64,000 nt of DNA from assembly GCA_964016885.1 (NCBI GenBank), contig OZ024740.1, positions 387,128,001-387,192,000 on the forward strand, read 5' to 3'. The stretch comes from Eledone cirrhosa. Its lineage: Eukaryota. Positions 12,850 through 26,439 of the stretch are shown here, piece after piece. The translations under genes were made by a program, and so were the position numbers. Position 1 is the first letter of the stretch; every line of letters starts with the position of its first letter. Under the pieces are notes generated by a model. That model worked only from the letters and a program-made list of their open reading frames with translations. It had not been told where the DNA came from and made no database searches.

Positions 12850-14245
12850 ATACTTTGGGAGGGTCATGTTGCCAATAAGAAACACACGCACCAGTTGCTT
12901 TCACTTCAATTTATTATAATAAATTTATAAATTTAGGAATTTATAAATTTCCGGTTGGTTGGTTGGTTGGTTCCACAACCAGATGGTTGTTTATATATTG
13001 TCAAAGTTTTTTCGTCACACATTCTGTGACCTCTTCAGTGACTGGGGATTCTTTTCTTTGTTTTTTTTGTACCTCTCCTTTGTTCTGTCCTACGCCATCT
13101 TGTTTTTGTGTGTGTGCTGTGTGCTTAGTTTGCGCATGTGTTACATCCGGGTGTCTGTGTGTGTTTATATTCGTTTATTTATTTGTTTATTTACATGTTA
13201 CTGGTTGGTTGTTTGTTCTATGTGCGTGTGTGTTTTCATTTTGTGCTTAATTGTAAGTTGTGATGTTGCTGTTCCACTCATGATTTCTATTTAATTTTGG
13301 TTGTAATTCATTTATGTTTATTGCCTCTGTGATTTGTCTAAACATTGCGTCTTTTCTGTGTGTAGATTCTATTTTTATTTCTATGTTCTCTAATTTACCC
13401 TTATGTACACTATATTTTTATCTCTACATTGTCCTTCAGTACATCTTATGCTATATACTACATTTTTAGTTTTACAGTTAATATGGGGGCTTAATTTACA
13501 GATTATACATTTTTTATCTATACAGGGAGGTCTTTGAAAAGGGTATGTATTGCTAATAAGTGTTTTTATGGAGGTACCTGGTCTTTCTACTATCTTAATA
13601 TTGAGTTTATGTTTATCTAGGGCCCTTCTAAATTTGTAAGCTAATTCACCTCTAGGGGTTGTATCGATGAACATTACACTCTGGTATTTATTGATATCAT
13701 ACCATGAGTTTATTCTATTAGCCTTATTCCTAGTTCTTTCTATTCTATTCCAAAATTTGCTCCTATACAAGGGGCAGGTCCCATTTGTGTCATTATTTAC
13801 CATTTTTTCCCATTTGGTTCTGGCTCCTCTATACACTCTGATTTTATCTCTCTGATTGTAACCAGAGAACTGCATACGGTGGATGAGGTGTTGTATGTGT
13901 CTCTCTAGTTCTTCGGGGTTGCACATGCGGGACACGTTTCTCATCACCCGTACCAAATTCGCAATCAGTATGTTGATTTTGGTATGGTCCGAAACAGCTG
14001 AGTTTCGGTGGATCAGATGTTTGGAAGTCATGGGTTTGGCATAATGGGAATGGAGGATTTGTTTTTTGTTATTAATGGTATCTAACCAGAGCTCTGTGTC
14101 TAATACAGGTAATCGATGGTTGGGGTGTTTACTTGGGTAGTCTATAGTAACTCTAATACTCTGGTGGATGGAGTTAGCTATTTGCTGGATGCTTTCCATT
14201 GTGTTTTTCTCTAATTCCTGACTGTTCTCTAGTGGGGGTGTTTTA
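12843..14245 (-). mobile_element. PLE-3: 5'-truncated PLE (RT thumb + internally deleted GIY-YIG) inserted in (TA)n
   Basis: ORF 13390-14199 ([29 protein letters not shown]) continues out of frame as AMFRQITEAININELQPKLNRNHEW near 13270-13350. Confidence 0.88.
13000..13042 (-). ncRNA. Minimal HHR motif in the PLE-3 3' tail
   Basis: GUCA-CUGAAGA-G-GUCACA.gaaug.UGUGAC-GAAA-aaac-UU^UGAC. Confidence 0.7.
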
Positions 14246-14252
14246 ACTACGA

Positions 14253-14711
<459 letters not shown>

Positions 14712-14712
<1 letters not shown>

Positions 14713-15278
14713 TCATCATCATCATCATCGTTTAACGTCCATCTTCCACGCTTGCATGGGTTTGGATGGGAGTTTTCCCACTTGAGGCAAGAGTGGTTGT
14801 CTTGCTCGCATTGGACTGTCTGGCGGGTTTTCTACGGCTGGATGCCCTTCCTAACACGAACCACGTTTACAATGTGGACTGGGAGGTTTTTACCATGTTA
14901 CCTACACGGCCACATTACAGCGTGGACTGTGTGTTTTTTTGTCGCGACTCCTACACGACCTCATTTGTTTCGGACTGGATGTTGTGGTACCAACATGACT
15001 TTACATTGAAAGGGGCTGGTGTGGATGGGGTGGGGTAGTGGGACGGGGGTGTATTTTTGTTAGAGGTGCCTACTGACTGTAGTAGGTTTCGCTTTGTACT
15101 TAAGCAAGGCGGGTCTTCTGTGTTACTGTGTAGCACCAAAGATCTCGGTCCAGTGACATTGTCTTGGAGAGGTGTAAGTGTGTGAGGTCGGAATTTATCA
15201 AGTCGCCCCAGGTTTTTCTGGGTCTGCCTACTCCGTGGCTACCGTCTATTTTTATTGCCCTGCACTTTTTTATACAGC

Positions 15279-15280
<2 letters not shown>
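14712..15280 (-). mobile_element. RTE-clade LINE 3' fragment with (ATG)n tail
   Basis: C-terminal motif G...GRPRKTWGDLINSDL....DRDLW; (cat)n at 14712-14729 on the + strand. Confidence 0.8.
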
Positions 15281-15310
<30 letters not shown>

Positions 15311-15370
15311 ACTGTTATAGAAACACGTGTCAATAAATTCCTTTCAACTAAACTGTATCCATTCAAATCT

Positions 15371-15469
<99 letters not shown>

Positions 15470-15495
15470 TTTATAAAACTGTTTATATATTGTAT

Positions 15496-15560
15496 TTTAT
15501 CTGACGAAGGCATGCCATATTTTTAAATTTTTAATATGGTATCCCTGAAATATGTATAAT
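15496..15560 (+). ncRNA. HHR motif in an ORF-less tail fragment between (TA)n tracts
   Basis: CUGACGA-AGGcAUGCCAUAUU...AAUAUGGUAUcCCU-GAAA-UAUG-UA; stem I imperfect. Confidence 0.6.
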
Positions 15561-15607
15561 GAAATAAATATGGTTTTATAAATATAGTTTCCATTTGTTT
15601 AATATCG

Positions 15608-15668
<61 letters not shown>

Positions 15669-15747
15669 GTGTGTGTATATATATATATATGTGTGTGTAT
15701 ATATATATATATATATGTGTGTATATATATATGTGTGTATATATATA

Positions 15748-15807
<60 letters not shown>

Positions 15808-15891
15808 AAAGTTCTATTTAAATTGTTGGGATACAACAAGCAAATATTTTTATAACTGATATAAAGCACTCAACAAATAATTGGAGTAAAA

Positions 15892-16226
15892 ATACGATAT
15901 TAACAAATGGAAACTATATTTATAAAACCATATTTATTTCATTATACATATTTCAAGGACACCAAGTTAAATTATGGTGTGCTTTCATCAGATAAAATAT
16001 AATATAGAGCAGTTTTATAAATAAATATTGACATACCCTTTAAGAATACAACCATTACTATCCGGGAGCTTCCAACAGTAATGGTTGCATTCTTTAAGGG
16101 TATGTCAATATTTATTTATAAAACTGCTCTATATTATATTTTATCTGCTGAAAGCACACCATAATTTAACTTGGTGTCCTTGAAATATGTATAATGAAAT
16201 AAATATAGTTTCCATTTGTTAATATC

Positions 16227-16230
<4 letters not shown>
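15892..16230. repeat. Large palindrome (~160 bp arms), each arm carrying an HHR motif (15941-15996 minus; 16140-16195 plus)
   Basis: Near-perfect inverted arms around tccgggagcttccaac; the minus arm reads CUGAUGA-AAGcACACCA..UGGUGUcCUU-GAAA-UAUGUA, and the plus arm has CUGCUGA. Confidence 0.85.
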
Positions 16231-16288
<58 letters not shown>

Positions 16289-16367
16289 ATGTATATGTAT
16301 ATATATATATATATGTGTGTGTATGTATATATATATATATATGTGTGTGTATGTATATATATATATA

Positions 16368-16398
<31 letters not shown>

Positions 16399-16539
16399 GA
16401 CCGCTGCTCTGTCTTCTGAGGCATATGTTGCCCCCCGCTGTCTCTGCCGCCATCTTAACGGCTGTTCTAACGATGACTTTTCTCATATTTATATCTATTC
16501 AAATACTCTCTCGCTTTGTCTCCATCAGAGACGACATTC

Positions 16540-16614
<75 letters not shown>

Positions 16615-18063
16615 TGAGTGTTTGTGTGTAATATATACATATATATATATATATATACATACTCTGAAAAAAAACAACAATACTTAATATTGTGCGCACT
16701 GCTATTCCCATCAACTAAACTATTATTTATTAAAACACAAAAAAAAACAAAAAAAAACTAGCAATCTTGCCTACACTTTCCACACCCCATTGGCTTTCCC
16801 CACCAGACACCTTTTTTTCTTCTTTAGAATTACTCCTTATATAGATACATAATAAGTGTACTAAACAAAATCACTGCGGCATCAAAAGGTCAATCTCACA
16901 GCAATACCGTCTCATATGTACATTCCTTGATGATATTCTGTAGTAGTCTCATTGGTAATTACTCAGGTTCGTTTATTTGTTTGTCTTTAAATTTATTTAA
17001 TTGAACTTTATCGCTTGTTTCACAGGCAGTTAAGTATGAGTGTGACATAGTAGTTGCATAAGATCAAGCACAGAAATAAACATCACTGTATATATAGATC
17101 AATGACACGATTGTGTATTTCAGAACATTTATAAACTAGCATAAAAAGAAAATAATAGGCAGCTAACCAAAGAAGCGACGAGAAAAATCTGAGATCAAAC
17201 GTCTTCAGTAATTTGAGGAATATTACCAGAGAAACACTCGCTACCTACTGACAATTAAATAGGTCTATTTACAATAGTTTAATACTTTGCCTATTAATCC
17301 GTATGGTGAGCAAATGGGGTCCCACGTGCTGGCCGCCCCACAGCCCCGGCGGACAGGATGGAGGAGGCGTTTCGCAAGAGAATGGTAAGGGAGATGCGCT
17401 GGAAGAGCCATTCCAACTCGCAAGGGTCACACCTGCGGCTGGCTAGCTCAGCGCCTATTGTGGTGAATAGGGAGGTATTTAACGAAGGGTATTAGTTAGA
17501 AATTGTTAAATGAATTAACATGGTTATTGGATAGAATAACATGAATAAAGATTTTAGTTTATATATGGTTTACTTCACGCGAATTAATTAAAAAGTACAA
17601 TAAAACAGTTGTCAAGAGTTGCGATGGTTGACGATGTTATTTTGTTGTTGATATGAAAACAGCGAGCGACGAGATAAAGTTTGTTGCAGTCGTCATAGTA
17701 GTTTCGTCGTGAGTCTGAGAATATAGTGAGTGAGAGATAGTAATGGTCTGTAATTGATTGTAGACCACTGTGGCTGGTAGATAGCGGAATATCTTTAACA
17801 TAGCGGGTCTGTAGTAGTAGGGCTCTGATCTCTCTGATTCTCTGTAGACCTCTAAGGTCTGTTGATAGCGGTGAATCTTTACATAGTTTGTTGTGTATCG
17901 TAGAGCTCCAATCTATCTGTCTTTCTGTAGGCCACTTGGGTCTGTTGATAGCGGTGAATCTTTCACATAGCTTGTTCTGTTATGGGGTGCTCCGATATCT
18001 CTGGCTAAAGTAGGATGATACAGGCCTGTCGTTTCCTGTCTCCCACCCTGAACCTGTTCACAC

Positions 18064-20588
18064 TGTAGCAAGAGTTGCCTCCCTTGTTGTGACGATCACA
18101 TCACCAATAGATTAATGCACTCTAGACAGGAAGAAGCTGGAGTTACTTCCCGTTGGGGTGGCAGAACCCTTTTTGTCACTTCCGTCTTGAGACCCTATAA
18201 AAGGGATACTCAGAGCGATCTCTCTCGCTCTTTTGCCCTTTCGGCTCCTGGCGCTCGCCGATACTTCACTCTCTTCTAACCTGCCTGGCCCTTCGGCCAG
18301 GCGCGTTCGCCTGGCAACCCTATCATGGTCTCTTGTGAGCTAACTTCAAAACGGTAACAAATAACTTTACTTCATTCTTTCATCTACCCATTGACATGTC
18401 AACAATTCTGTTCTACATAACTTCAACTTGTTAATTAAACTTTATATACACAACCTAGTGTCTTATTATATTCATACACACCAGTATTTTGTTATAAGTG
18501 GTGACCCCGAGAAAAAAAATGATAGGATCTGGTGTTGTGTGAATATATATAAAAAAAAATTAATTAGCAGTACCCCATTTTCGTTGGAATGTGTCGACCA
18601 ACATTTCGAATACGCAGCAAACTTTATTAACGAAATAGGAAAAATACTCAGACACAGAAACGAACTCACGCACATGTGAAATTCTCGTTCAGACAGACTC
18701 TTCTCTCACCTAACGTGATATTTTTTTTTTCGGACTAAGAAATCGTTCCGACCTCCTTAGACAAGGATTTCTCTCCGCATACACTGTCTTATAACGAACA
18801 CATCAAAAAGGAAATGTTTTCTCAGCAAGCAAAATAAACAGAAAATTTTGCCTTTCACGCACGTGTCGCACATCAACTATGTGTCGCATTCCACTGGATG
18901 TATATATATGTTTTTCGTTTCTTCTTACAACGAACACTTTAAAAAAATAAAATAAAATAAAAAAAAACAGAAATTTGATTTTTTTTTTTACACGTTTCAA
19001 CATGAACATTTACTTTCGCTGAATCTCAACTATTGCTTATTCTTTCCGCCAAGCTTTTTTCATCGTTCACAAAAAAGTTGAACTCGCCATATTTGTTATA
19101 CCAAGTGAAGCCTTTCTTTCTGTTTCATCATATTATCACGTTCACACACGAGTTTTTCAAAATGGTGGCCAATAACCTTGTTTCGGCACGTGTGGGCAGC
19201 ACACATCTCGACTCACTGAGATACCACACGCCATAGAAATGTATTTTTTTTTACTTGACTTTAACCTTGTTTCGGCACGTGTGGGCAGCACACATCTCGA
19301 CTCACTGAGATACCACACGCCATAGAAATGTATTTTTTTTTACTTGACTTTAACCTTGTTTCGGCACGTGTGGGCAGCACACATCTCGACTCACTGAGAT
19401 ACCACGCGCCATAGATAATGTTTCTTGCCAAGGATTCTCCACCCTTAAGCTATATTCTCCTATTTGCCGGTTTCAAAATTTACCACGTAAATTTGCCGTT
19501 GAAAACTGCGCATTTATTCAGAATGCTTATTTCTTTGGTCGCTGGCCTCTTGACCCTTCCAGGTCAACGCATTCTCAACATCGACCATCAACTTTGGCTG
19601 TTATTTCTAGCACTTTGCGCAACTCATTTTTTCTTGGAAAATTTTTACTGTGAATTTAAACATCGAATACGCTCACTCCGCGAGACAACAACATCAACAA
19701 CAACAACACAGCTTCATCAACAACCAAATCCAGCAGAACAAGCCAGAGAATTTATTTTTGCAGCACTCTTCCTGTGAGAAAATCCTTCGGAGGTTGGAAA
19801 TTTCACGTTATACCACAGACCAGAGACCACCTGCATACATTCTCTGGAGGACACACTTTCTTTCCTGCTGTCATGTGATTGCACACCTGTGAACTATATT
19901 TTGAACTTTGACCTCTTCTTTTACTTTGATTACATTGTATCTTTGAGTGATGGATAGATAGATGTCCAGTCGTTCTCTGGCTAAGAGCGGTTGGCTACCT
20001 TGATATCTATCATTGATTTTTGCTGTTTTCCTTTTATTGCAAACATTATTTTTTTCGTAATTTTCATGCCTGGACTTTGGTGTTACAACATGCTCGCCAT
20101 CTTACTTCACACATGGTTCATTCGATTTTTATGTTTTAAAAATCTGGCGGGGGATAATGTAGCAAGAGTTGCCTCCCTTATTGTGACGATCACATCACCA
20201 ATAGATTAACGCTCTCTAGACAAGAAGTAGCTGGAGTTACTTCCCGTTGGGGTGGCAGAACCCTTTTTGTCACTTCCGTCTTGAGACCCTATAAAAGGGA
20301 TACTCAGAGCGATCTCTCTCTCTTTTGCCCTTTCGGCTCCTGGCGTTCGCCGATGCTTCACTCTCTTCTAACCTGCCTGGTCTTTCGGCCAGGCGCGTTC
20401 GCCTGGCAACCCTATCATGGTCTCTTGCGAGCTAACTTCAAAACGGTAACAAATAACTTTACTTCATTCTTTCATCTACCCATTGACATGTCAACAATTC
20501 TGTTCTACATAACTTCAACTTGTTAATTAAACTTTATATACACAACCTAGTGTCTTGTTATATTCATACACACCAGTATTTTGTTATA
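18064..20588 (+). mobile_element. Non-autonomous LTR retrotransposon (no coding capacity)
   Basis: LTRs 18064-18496 and 20158-20588 (TGTAG...GTTATA); 4 bp TSD acac; PBS tggtgaccccga (tRNA-Trp-like) 18499-18510; PPT ctggcgggggataa; TATA-like ctataaaa in the LTR. Confidence 0.92.
19173..19420 (+). repeat. 89 bp tandem repeat, ~2.8 near-identical copies, inside the LTR element
   Basis: taaccttgtttcggcacgtgtgggcagcacacatctcgactcactgagatacc starts at 19173, 19262 and 19351. Confidence 0.95.
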
Positions 20589-20665
20589 ACACCAAAAGGG
20601 TGGTGACCAAGAATTTGACCTCTAGGTGTCACCCAAGGTTCAAGGTGCGGACAGATTTCGCTACA

Positions 20666-20752
20666 GGTAGCTCTAGGGCCAAGGACACCAGAAGTCTCCA
20701 CTGCCAAGGGCATGTCCGCGAAACTGTCGGAGAGCGACCGGTACTTAACCAC
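20666..20752 (-). pseudogene. CRE-like LINE REL-endonuclease C-terminal fragment
   Basis: KYRSLSDSF..MPLAVETSGVLGP resembles the corresponding part of 32570-33355. Confidence 0.6.
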
Positions 20753-20765
20753 ATTTGCTCAGGCT

Positions 20766-20933
20766 CAGTGCTGGATTTGCCATTGTGATTAGGTGTGCTT
20801 AAGCACAGGGTTCTGTTGGCCTGGGGGGGGAGCATCTTCCTGCCGCCAAAATTTTTTACAGTAAATTAAAAAAATATTTGGGGCCTCATAACTTAACTAG
20901 CATAGGGCCTCATTTGTCGTAAATCCGACACAG
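20766..20933 (+). mobile_element. hAT MITE family A, copy 1
   Basis: TIRs cagtgctggattt / aaatccgacacag; 8 bp TSD ctcaggct. Confidence 0.88.
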
Positions 20934-20974
20934 CTCAGGCTTAATCTATGTTTTAATGTTTATATGTATTCTTT

Positions 20975-21150
20975 AGGGTGGTCGATTGGCAGAATTGGTA
21001 AACTATCAAATAAAATGCCATTGATGTATTTGTTCGGACTCTTTACGTTCAGTGTTCAAATCTCGTCAAGGTCGACTTCCATCCTTCTGGGTTCAATAAA
21101 ATAAAGTATTAATCAACTAGTGGAGTTGATTTAATCAGTTTTGCCCTTTC
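20975..21150 (+). mobile_element. tRNA-derived SINE (Deu/Nin-like core), diverged
   Basis: tggcagaattgg A-box, gttcaaatc B-box, catccttctggggttcaataaaataaagta core. Confidence 0.7.
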
Positions 21151-21621
21151 CCAGGGGCGGTGGAACTGGGAGGGCCAGGGGGTGGCCTTAGACCCCTCCC
21201 ACAACAATTATATTTTCTCCACAAACTACCAAAACACATCTACTTGTATATGCGCTACAATTTATATACATATTATGTAGAGACAAATGGGAGAGTTAGA
21301 TGTAGATATAGAGAGGGGGGAGTTTGGTGGTAACTGATATAGAGAGGAAGGTTGGGAGAGTGTGTTGTATATTAGATATATATTTCTATTTATTTGCCAC
21401 CAGGGCATCAAAAATTGGGACAAATACAAAGGGGGGAGTTTACATACATTTAAAAAGACGTGTAAAAAACATATAACAAATTAAATTTAACAATCGATGT
21501 CCTCAATAGGGAGGGGCGTTGACATGGGTCGCACACACCCCCGAAAAAATGTGCAACCCTCCTCTTCAGGAGCACAAAGAGCGGGTGCTTCCTTCCTCTT
21601 CTCATTATTCTCCTCTCTCAC

Positions 21622-24600
21622 CTACAGGCTGATATAGAGAGAAGGCCCATTCACTCGGGCCATTCTCGCTACTTTCACCCACCTTTCATAAAACTTGCTG
21701 GGGTAGAGCACCCCTCTCTCCATTCTGATCCTTCTTCTAAAGTGGTACTTGAAAAAAAAGACCAGTTGTTGGCCGGAGAGAAAGGTGTCTGACCTCAGCC
21801 CTTTCAACCTTGTCCACCATACAACTTCTTTCGCCATAGCTATCACACAGAGGAAAACCGCCTCTCCTTCGTTTTTGAAAGGGGGAGGCGGTTTGATCGT
21901 GACAATGTTCTCGGTGGTCAACCGGATTGGTCCCACCCGCGACAGTACTCGTTCCACATAGCCCCACAGGTCAGCAACTCCCGGGCAGTGCACGAATGCG
22001 TGTGCGACGGTTTCCTCGTCACGCACGCATCTCGGACAGATCCTCCTCGAGGGGTCCCCACCCGGGCGCCCGTGTCTGTAGAGCTTGTCCCGAACGAGTA
22101 GAGCTCCTCGGTAACATTGCCAAGCCAGGGACTTTTGGAAGTTGTCCATCGGTCCCGGGCCAAACGTCCTACCGAACAGACTGGCCAGCTCATCTTCCTC
22201 CATGCCCAGAGCCTCTCTGAGAGCGTCGTCGCACTTACTGCGCACCAACCCTCTATAGAATGTTGAGGTTGAGTCTCCACTGATTGCTGGATCCGCTTTC
22301 CAGAGGGCCGTGAGCGCTTGGGCACATTCAATGTGCCAGACGCCCACTTTCTCGGTCTTTGCTTGACCCAGGATTGCAGCTCGGTGAGTGAGATGAGTCT
22401 CGGAAAGGCTCGCCTCACAAACAGGGCCCACACCGGCTGACCGGTGAGGAATATCTGGAGGTGCCGTAGCCTTAATGCGTGTCTACGCATCGTCAGCCAC
22501 GGCATTCCCAGCCCTCCACTCGAAGGGTGTTGACAGCAGATGGATCTTCTCACCAAAGGAGCCCGCTTCTTCCAAAGAAATCGGAAGAGCGCGCGCTCCA
22601 TTTTGGCGAGTGTTTTCTCTGGGCAAGGTACGACGGTCAAGCGGTAGTAGATGACGGACGCTATATAAGCGTTCGCCACCTCCGCTCGACCTTTCAGGGA
22701 TAGTTTGCACTCGGCCCACTTCTGGGCGAGTGCAAACACCTTGCCCGTTACCTCGTCCCAGTTTTTCTCCACCTGGAGGTCCGGTCCGAACCAGACCCCG
22801 AGCAGCTTCACCGGTCCCTCCGTCCAACGTCCGACGATGCCGTCGGAGGGCATCGTTTTTCTCCTCCACGTCCCGAGTTGCAAACCGACGGACTTGTCCA
22901 GGTTCAGCTTGGCTCCTGTGAACCTTTCATATTCCTCCAGTAAGGTGCCGATCTGCCCGATTTCCGAGGCGCACGACACCATTATTGTCACGTCATCGGC
23001 GTAGGCCGACACCGCTTTCCGCAATCCCAGTTCCAAGGGGCTGCCCTGCAACAACTCCAGCTTCCGCAGTAGTGGCTCGAGAGCCAGCACATACAGGAGG
23101 GAGGAGAGAGGCATCCCTGTCGGATGGATCGCGTGATTTGGAACGGCTCCGAGAGGTAGCCGGTCACCTTGACCCTCGAGCAGGTGTTGCTGCTGTGCAT
23201 TGCAGCAATCCAGCCCCTGAAAACAGGTCCGAAGCCTGCCGCCGCGAGCACCGCATCCAGGTACCGATGGTCAACCCTATCGAATGCCTTAGATTGATCC
23301 AAGTTGATCAGGGTCCCACCAAAGCCGGGTTCGTTCCCTACCCTCTTTACGATGTATCGCATGAGGTGGAGGTTGTCGTGTATGGACCTGAACGGGATTG
23401 CGCATGTCTGCGCTTCTCCCACCAGGTTCCTGACGACAAGAGCCAACCTCTTCGCTAACACCTTGGCCAAAACCTTTAACTCTGTGTTTAGCAGAGTTAT
23501 GGTCCTGAAGTTATCTATGTCATCCCCCTTGTTCTCATCCTTCATCACCAGCGTGACTACGCCCTTGGTCACAGAACTGGGAATTCTCCCGTTCTGTTGC
23601 CAGTTGCAGTAGACTGCCTCGAGGAGACCGGAGAACAAGCCCGGCATCGCTACATAGAGTTCGTATGGTAGACCATCGAGACCCGGAGATTTGCGTTTGC
23701 CGCATTGGCTCAGCGCTTCCCCTATTTCAGCGGCTGAAATCGGCCTCTCGCAGGACTTCGCCTCCCCGTCCGAGAGCCGCGCCAGACCGTCGAGGTATGG
23801 ACCGAAATCCATGGCCCCACCCGGCCCGCCGCCCCTCCCGAACAGTCGTACAAAGCACCGTTGAAAGGCCGCGCTCATCCGCTCAGGTTCAAGGATCACG
23901 CGTCCATCCTGGTCCTTCAAAGACCGAATCGTGGACTTGTTTCCACTTTTTGCCTCTGTCACTCGGGCCCAGCTAACAGCTTTGGCTCCCTCGTTACCCA
24001 GAGCACGTATTTTATTCCTGACAACGCAGCCTTCGTGCTTCGCATCAAAGAACTGGTCTAGGGCCGTTCTTGACGCCAGCACGCCGACCACGTTGCCACT
24101 CCTAATCCCCTCTTCTACTCTATTTGTTAATTCCCTTTCAGTTCTATTCCTATCTGATGCTAATTCCCGACTAAAACCTATCGATTCTATTCTAATTTCT
24201 CTCTTGAGAGAGCCCCACCACCTGCTGTTGACAATTGCCCCCGTCATACGCTGCTTAACTAGTGTGCTAATCCGCTTACTGTAAGCTTTGTTTGTCGGTA
24301 AAGATAAGTTTAGCTTCCAGTAACCGGGTCCCTGTCTATGAGTTATATCAAGGTTGACCACTCCGGTCACCAACTTGTGATCCGAATAGTCAACCATGAA
24401 CATTCGTGGACAGCTTAATATGTCCCTATCCTTATTTCTAACTAGGAACCTATCTAGGTACGACCTAGATGTTCCGCTACGATTAGTCCACGTCCACAGT
24501 GGCACAGTCGGAAAATCTAGTCGATATCTATCGGCCAGATCAAATCAGCCGATTAATCGTTTGAGGCTGTTACACCCCCCCTCTATCGGGACATGCCCCT

Positions 24601-24745
24601 ACATAGTCCCAACGTGCATCCAGGATACCATTCCAGTCACACACTAAAAGCAAGGAGCGAGACGTTCCCAGGAAATTCTCCAGGCGTCGGAAGAAGTCCG
24701 GTCGCGGTGTCCCAGATGGGGCATACGTTGCCACCACCTTGTGTT
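21622..24745 (-). pseudogene. LINE ORF2: APE endonuclease + RT + CCHC, frameshifted
   Basis: YAP, DWN, WTW..SYLDR..SDH, YWKLN, KSPGLDG, ITLLN, DQSKAFDRV, IRQGC/PLS, YADD, CPRC..ETVAHAFVHC. Confidence 0.93.
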
Positions 24746-25787
24746 GTTGTGTTCGGGGTTGGCAGAAGAGCCTTTTTTTTTTACTCGTTAATTGAGGACA
24801 GGCAGCCCTCAGGTGACCCCTGCTTAAGCAGTGGTAACATGACGGCTGCCTTCCCTCCACTGAAATGTTTATATAAGTTAGCCCGTCCAGAGGCACGTGT
24901 TGTGGGATATTCGCTATTCGTTCTGGGCTCATTTGCACCAGAACTTCTACGCTGGTCCCACCAAATACACCTCCGGAGGACTTTCCTATTGAAATTATCT
25001 TGTCTTCATCAAAGCCAATGATTCCACATAGTATCCACCAAATATTTACATTTGGTGTGATACTCATTATTTTTATTCTTTGTGTCCTTTTTCCCCTGTA
25101 TGTGGGGGAAAAGGTGAAACGGGGGGACACAATGGGTGATACCGCGTACTTTTGTGCTGTTGGCTGGTTGTTCATTAGCACCGAAATGCTACCAAACAGT
25201 TACCTTTTTGTATGAAGGTTATGTCCTTCATTGCACCTTTTAGAACCAGCTCAATTTCATTTTGTGATAATTGAGCTGGTTTTCTTGTTTCGTTCAATAT
25301 TGTCCTGAAAACTGTGGTTTTCAGGACAGCCTCTCTACGTAATTCCTGTGGAGAATTGATGCTAAAAGCACCGTTTTCGCCAAAAGTCACGAATTGTTTT
25401 GCGTCTTGTAATAGTTGTTTAGCATTTGTTATGTCTATTGGCGTGTATAGTTCGTTTTTTTTTTACAGTCTGTGCGAATGTTGTTTTGGTGTTGTCTTTT
25501 TTGTTGCTGCAGTTGTTGTCACTGTTGGTAATATTGTTCATGTTTTCCTTGGTGTTGCTATTGTTGCAGTTGTTGGTTGTGGTGTTATTGTCATTGTTCT
25601 TGTTGTTGGTGCTGGTATTATTTACCGGGTTTGGTTTCGTGGTTTCAATATTTTCAACGTTTTTCGATAATGTGAGGGGGGAAGGCTGCAAGCTTTGTAC
25701 TCCTACCTTCCATCCACCACTTTTCTTAGTGGGCGTGGCACTCACGACAGTGTGCGAGGTGGAAATGGCATCCATTGCTGATACCAA
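24746..25787 (-). pseudogene. LINE ORF1 with CCHC zinc knuckle, frameshifted
   Basis: N/T-rich N-terminus with TFAQ, then EGRQPSCYHCLSRGHLRAACP. Confidence 0.8.
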
Positions 25788-25974
25788 GTCTACACAGTTT
25801 TGAGATGAAAATGAAAATTTCGCCCCAGAAAGGGGCGAAAATTAGTTGACTCAACGTCTGACGGCCCAGGCAAGGGGTTAAACTAAACAATGCTATTAAA
25901 TTGAGCAATGAACTCATAGTTTTTTTGACAATAATCCGTAAAAATCCGGAGCGAAGTAATTCATGTCTATATCA

Positions 25975-26438
25975 AGTGGTAATTGATATAGAGAGGGAGT
26001 TAGGGAGATTGTGTTGTATATTAGATATAGAGAGGAGGAGAGATTGATGTTTATTGATATATAGAGGGGTATTGGAAGAGGGTCCCGTGTAGTAGATATA
26101 GAGAGGAGGAGAGTTTGGTGGTAATTTATTAGAGAGGGGGAATAGAAGAGAGTTCCCTGTAATAGGTATAGAGAGGAGGAATGGAAGATATTACCGTTTA
26201 ATAGATAGAGAGGAGATTTTGGTGTTAATTCATATAGAGAGGGCTATTAGAAGAGAGTTCCGTGTAGTTGATATAGAGAGGGAGAGAGTTTGGTGTTAAT
26301 TGATATAGAGGAGGGGGTGGAAGAGAGTTCCGTGTAGTAGATATAAAGAGGGGGAGAGTTTGGTGTTAGTAGATACAGAGAGGGGGATTAAAAGAGAGTT
26401 TTATGTGATAGACATAGAGAGGAGGAAAGTTTGGTGGC
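25975..26438 (+). repeat. GA-rich diverged minisatellite (~58 bp dimeric unit); also at 21285-21382
   Basis: Recurrent gatatagagagg...agtttggtg.taattgatatagagagg...agagagttccgtgtagta. Confidence 0.8.
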
Positions 26439-26439
26439 A

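Larger units (their letters stand above)
17459..20665 (-). mobile_element. Possible older LTR (TGTAGCGAA...TTCACCACA on the minus strand) split by the 18064-20588 insertion; contains three ~84 bp diverged tandem units (17758-18005)
   Basis: Imperfect inverted termini tgtggtgaa / ttcgctaca; no TSD seen. Confidence 0.4.
21383..25968 (-). mobile_element. Tx1/L1-clade LINE, near full length, degenerate
   Basis: ORF1 and ORF2 remnants, A-rich 3' end (gcaaataaatagaaa), inserted in a GA-rich minisatellite. Confidence 0.93.

Noticed and set aside
15318-15340. GAAACACGUGUC half-motif
   Set aside because: Only the 3' half of an HHR; no CUGANGA upstream.
19173-19420. 89 bp repeats as a CRISPR or small-RNA array
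   Set aside because: Units are contiguous and near identical, with no spacers.
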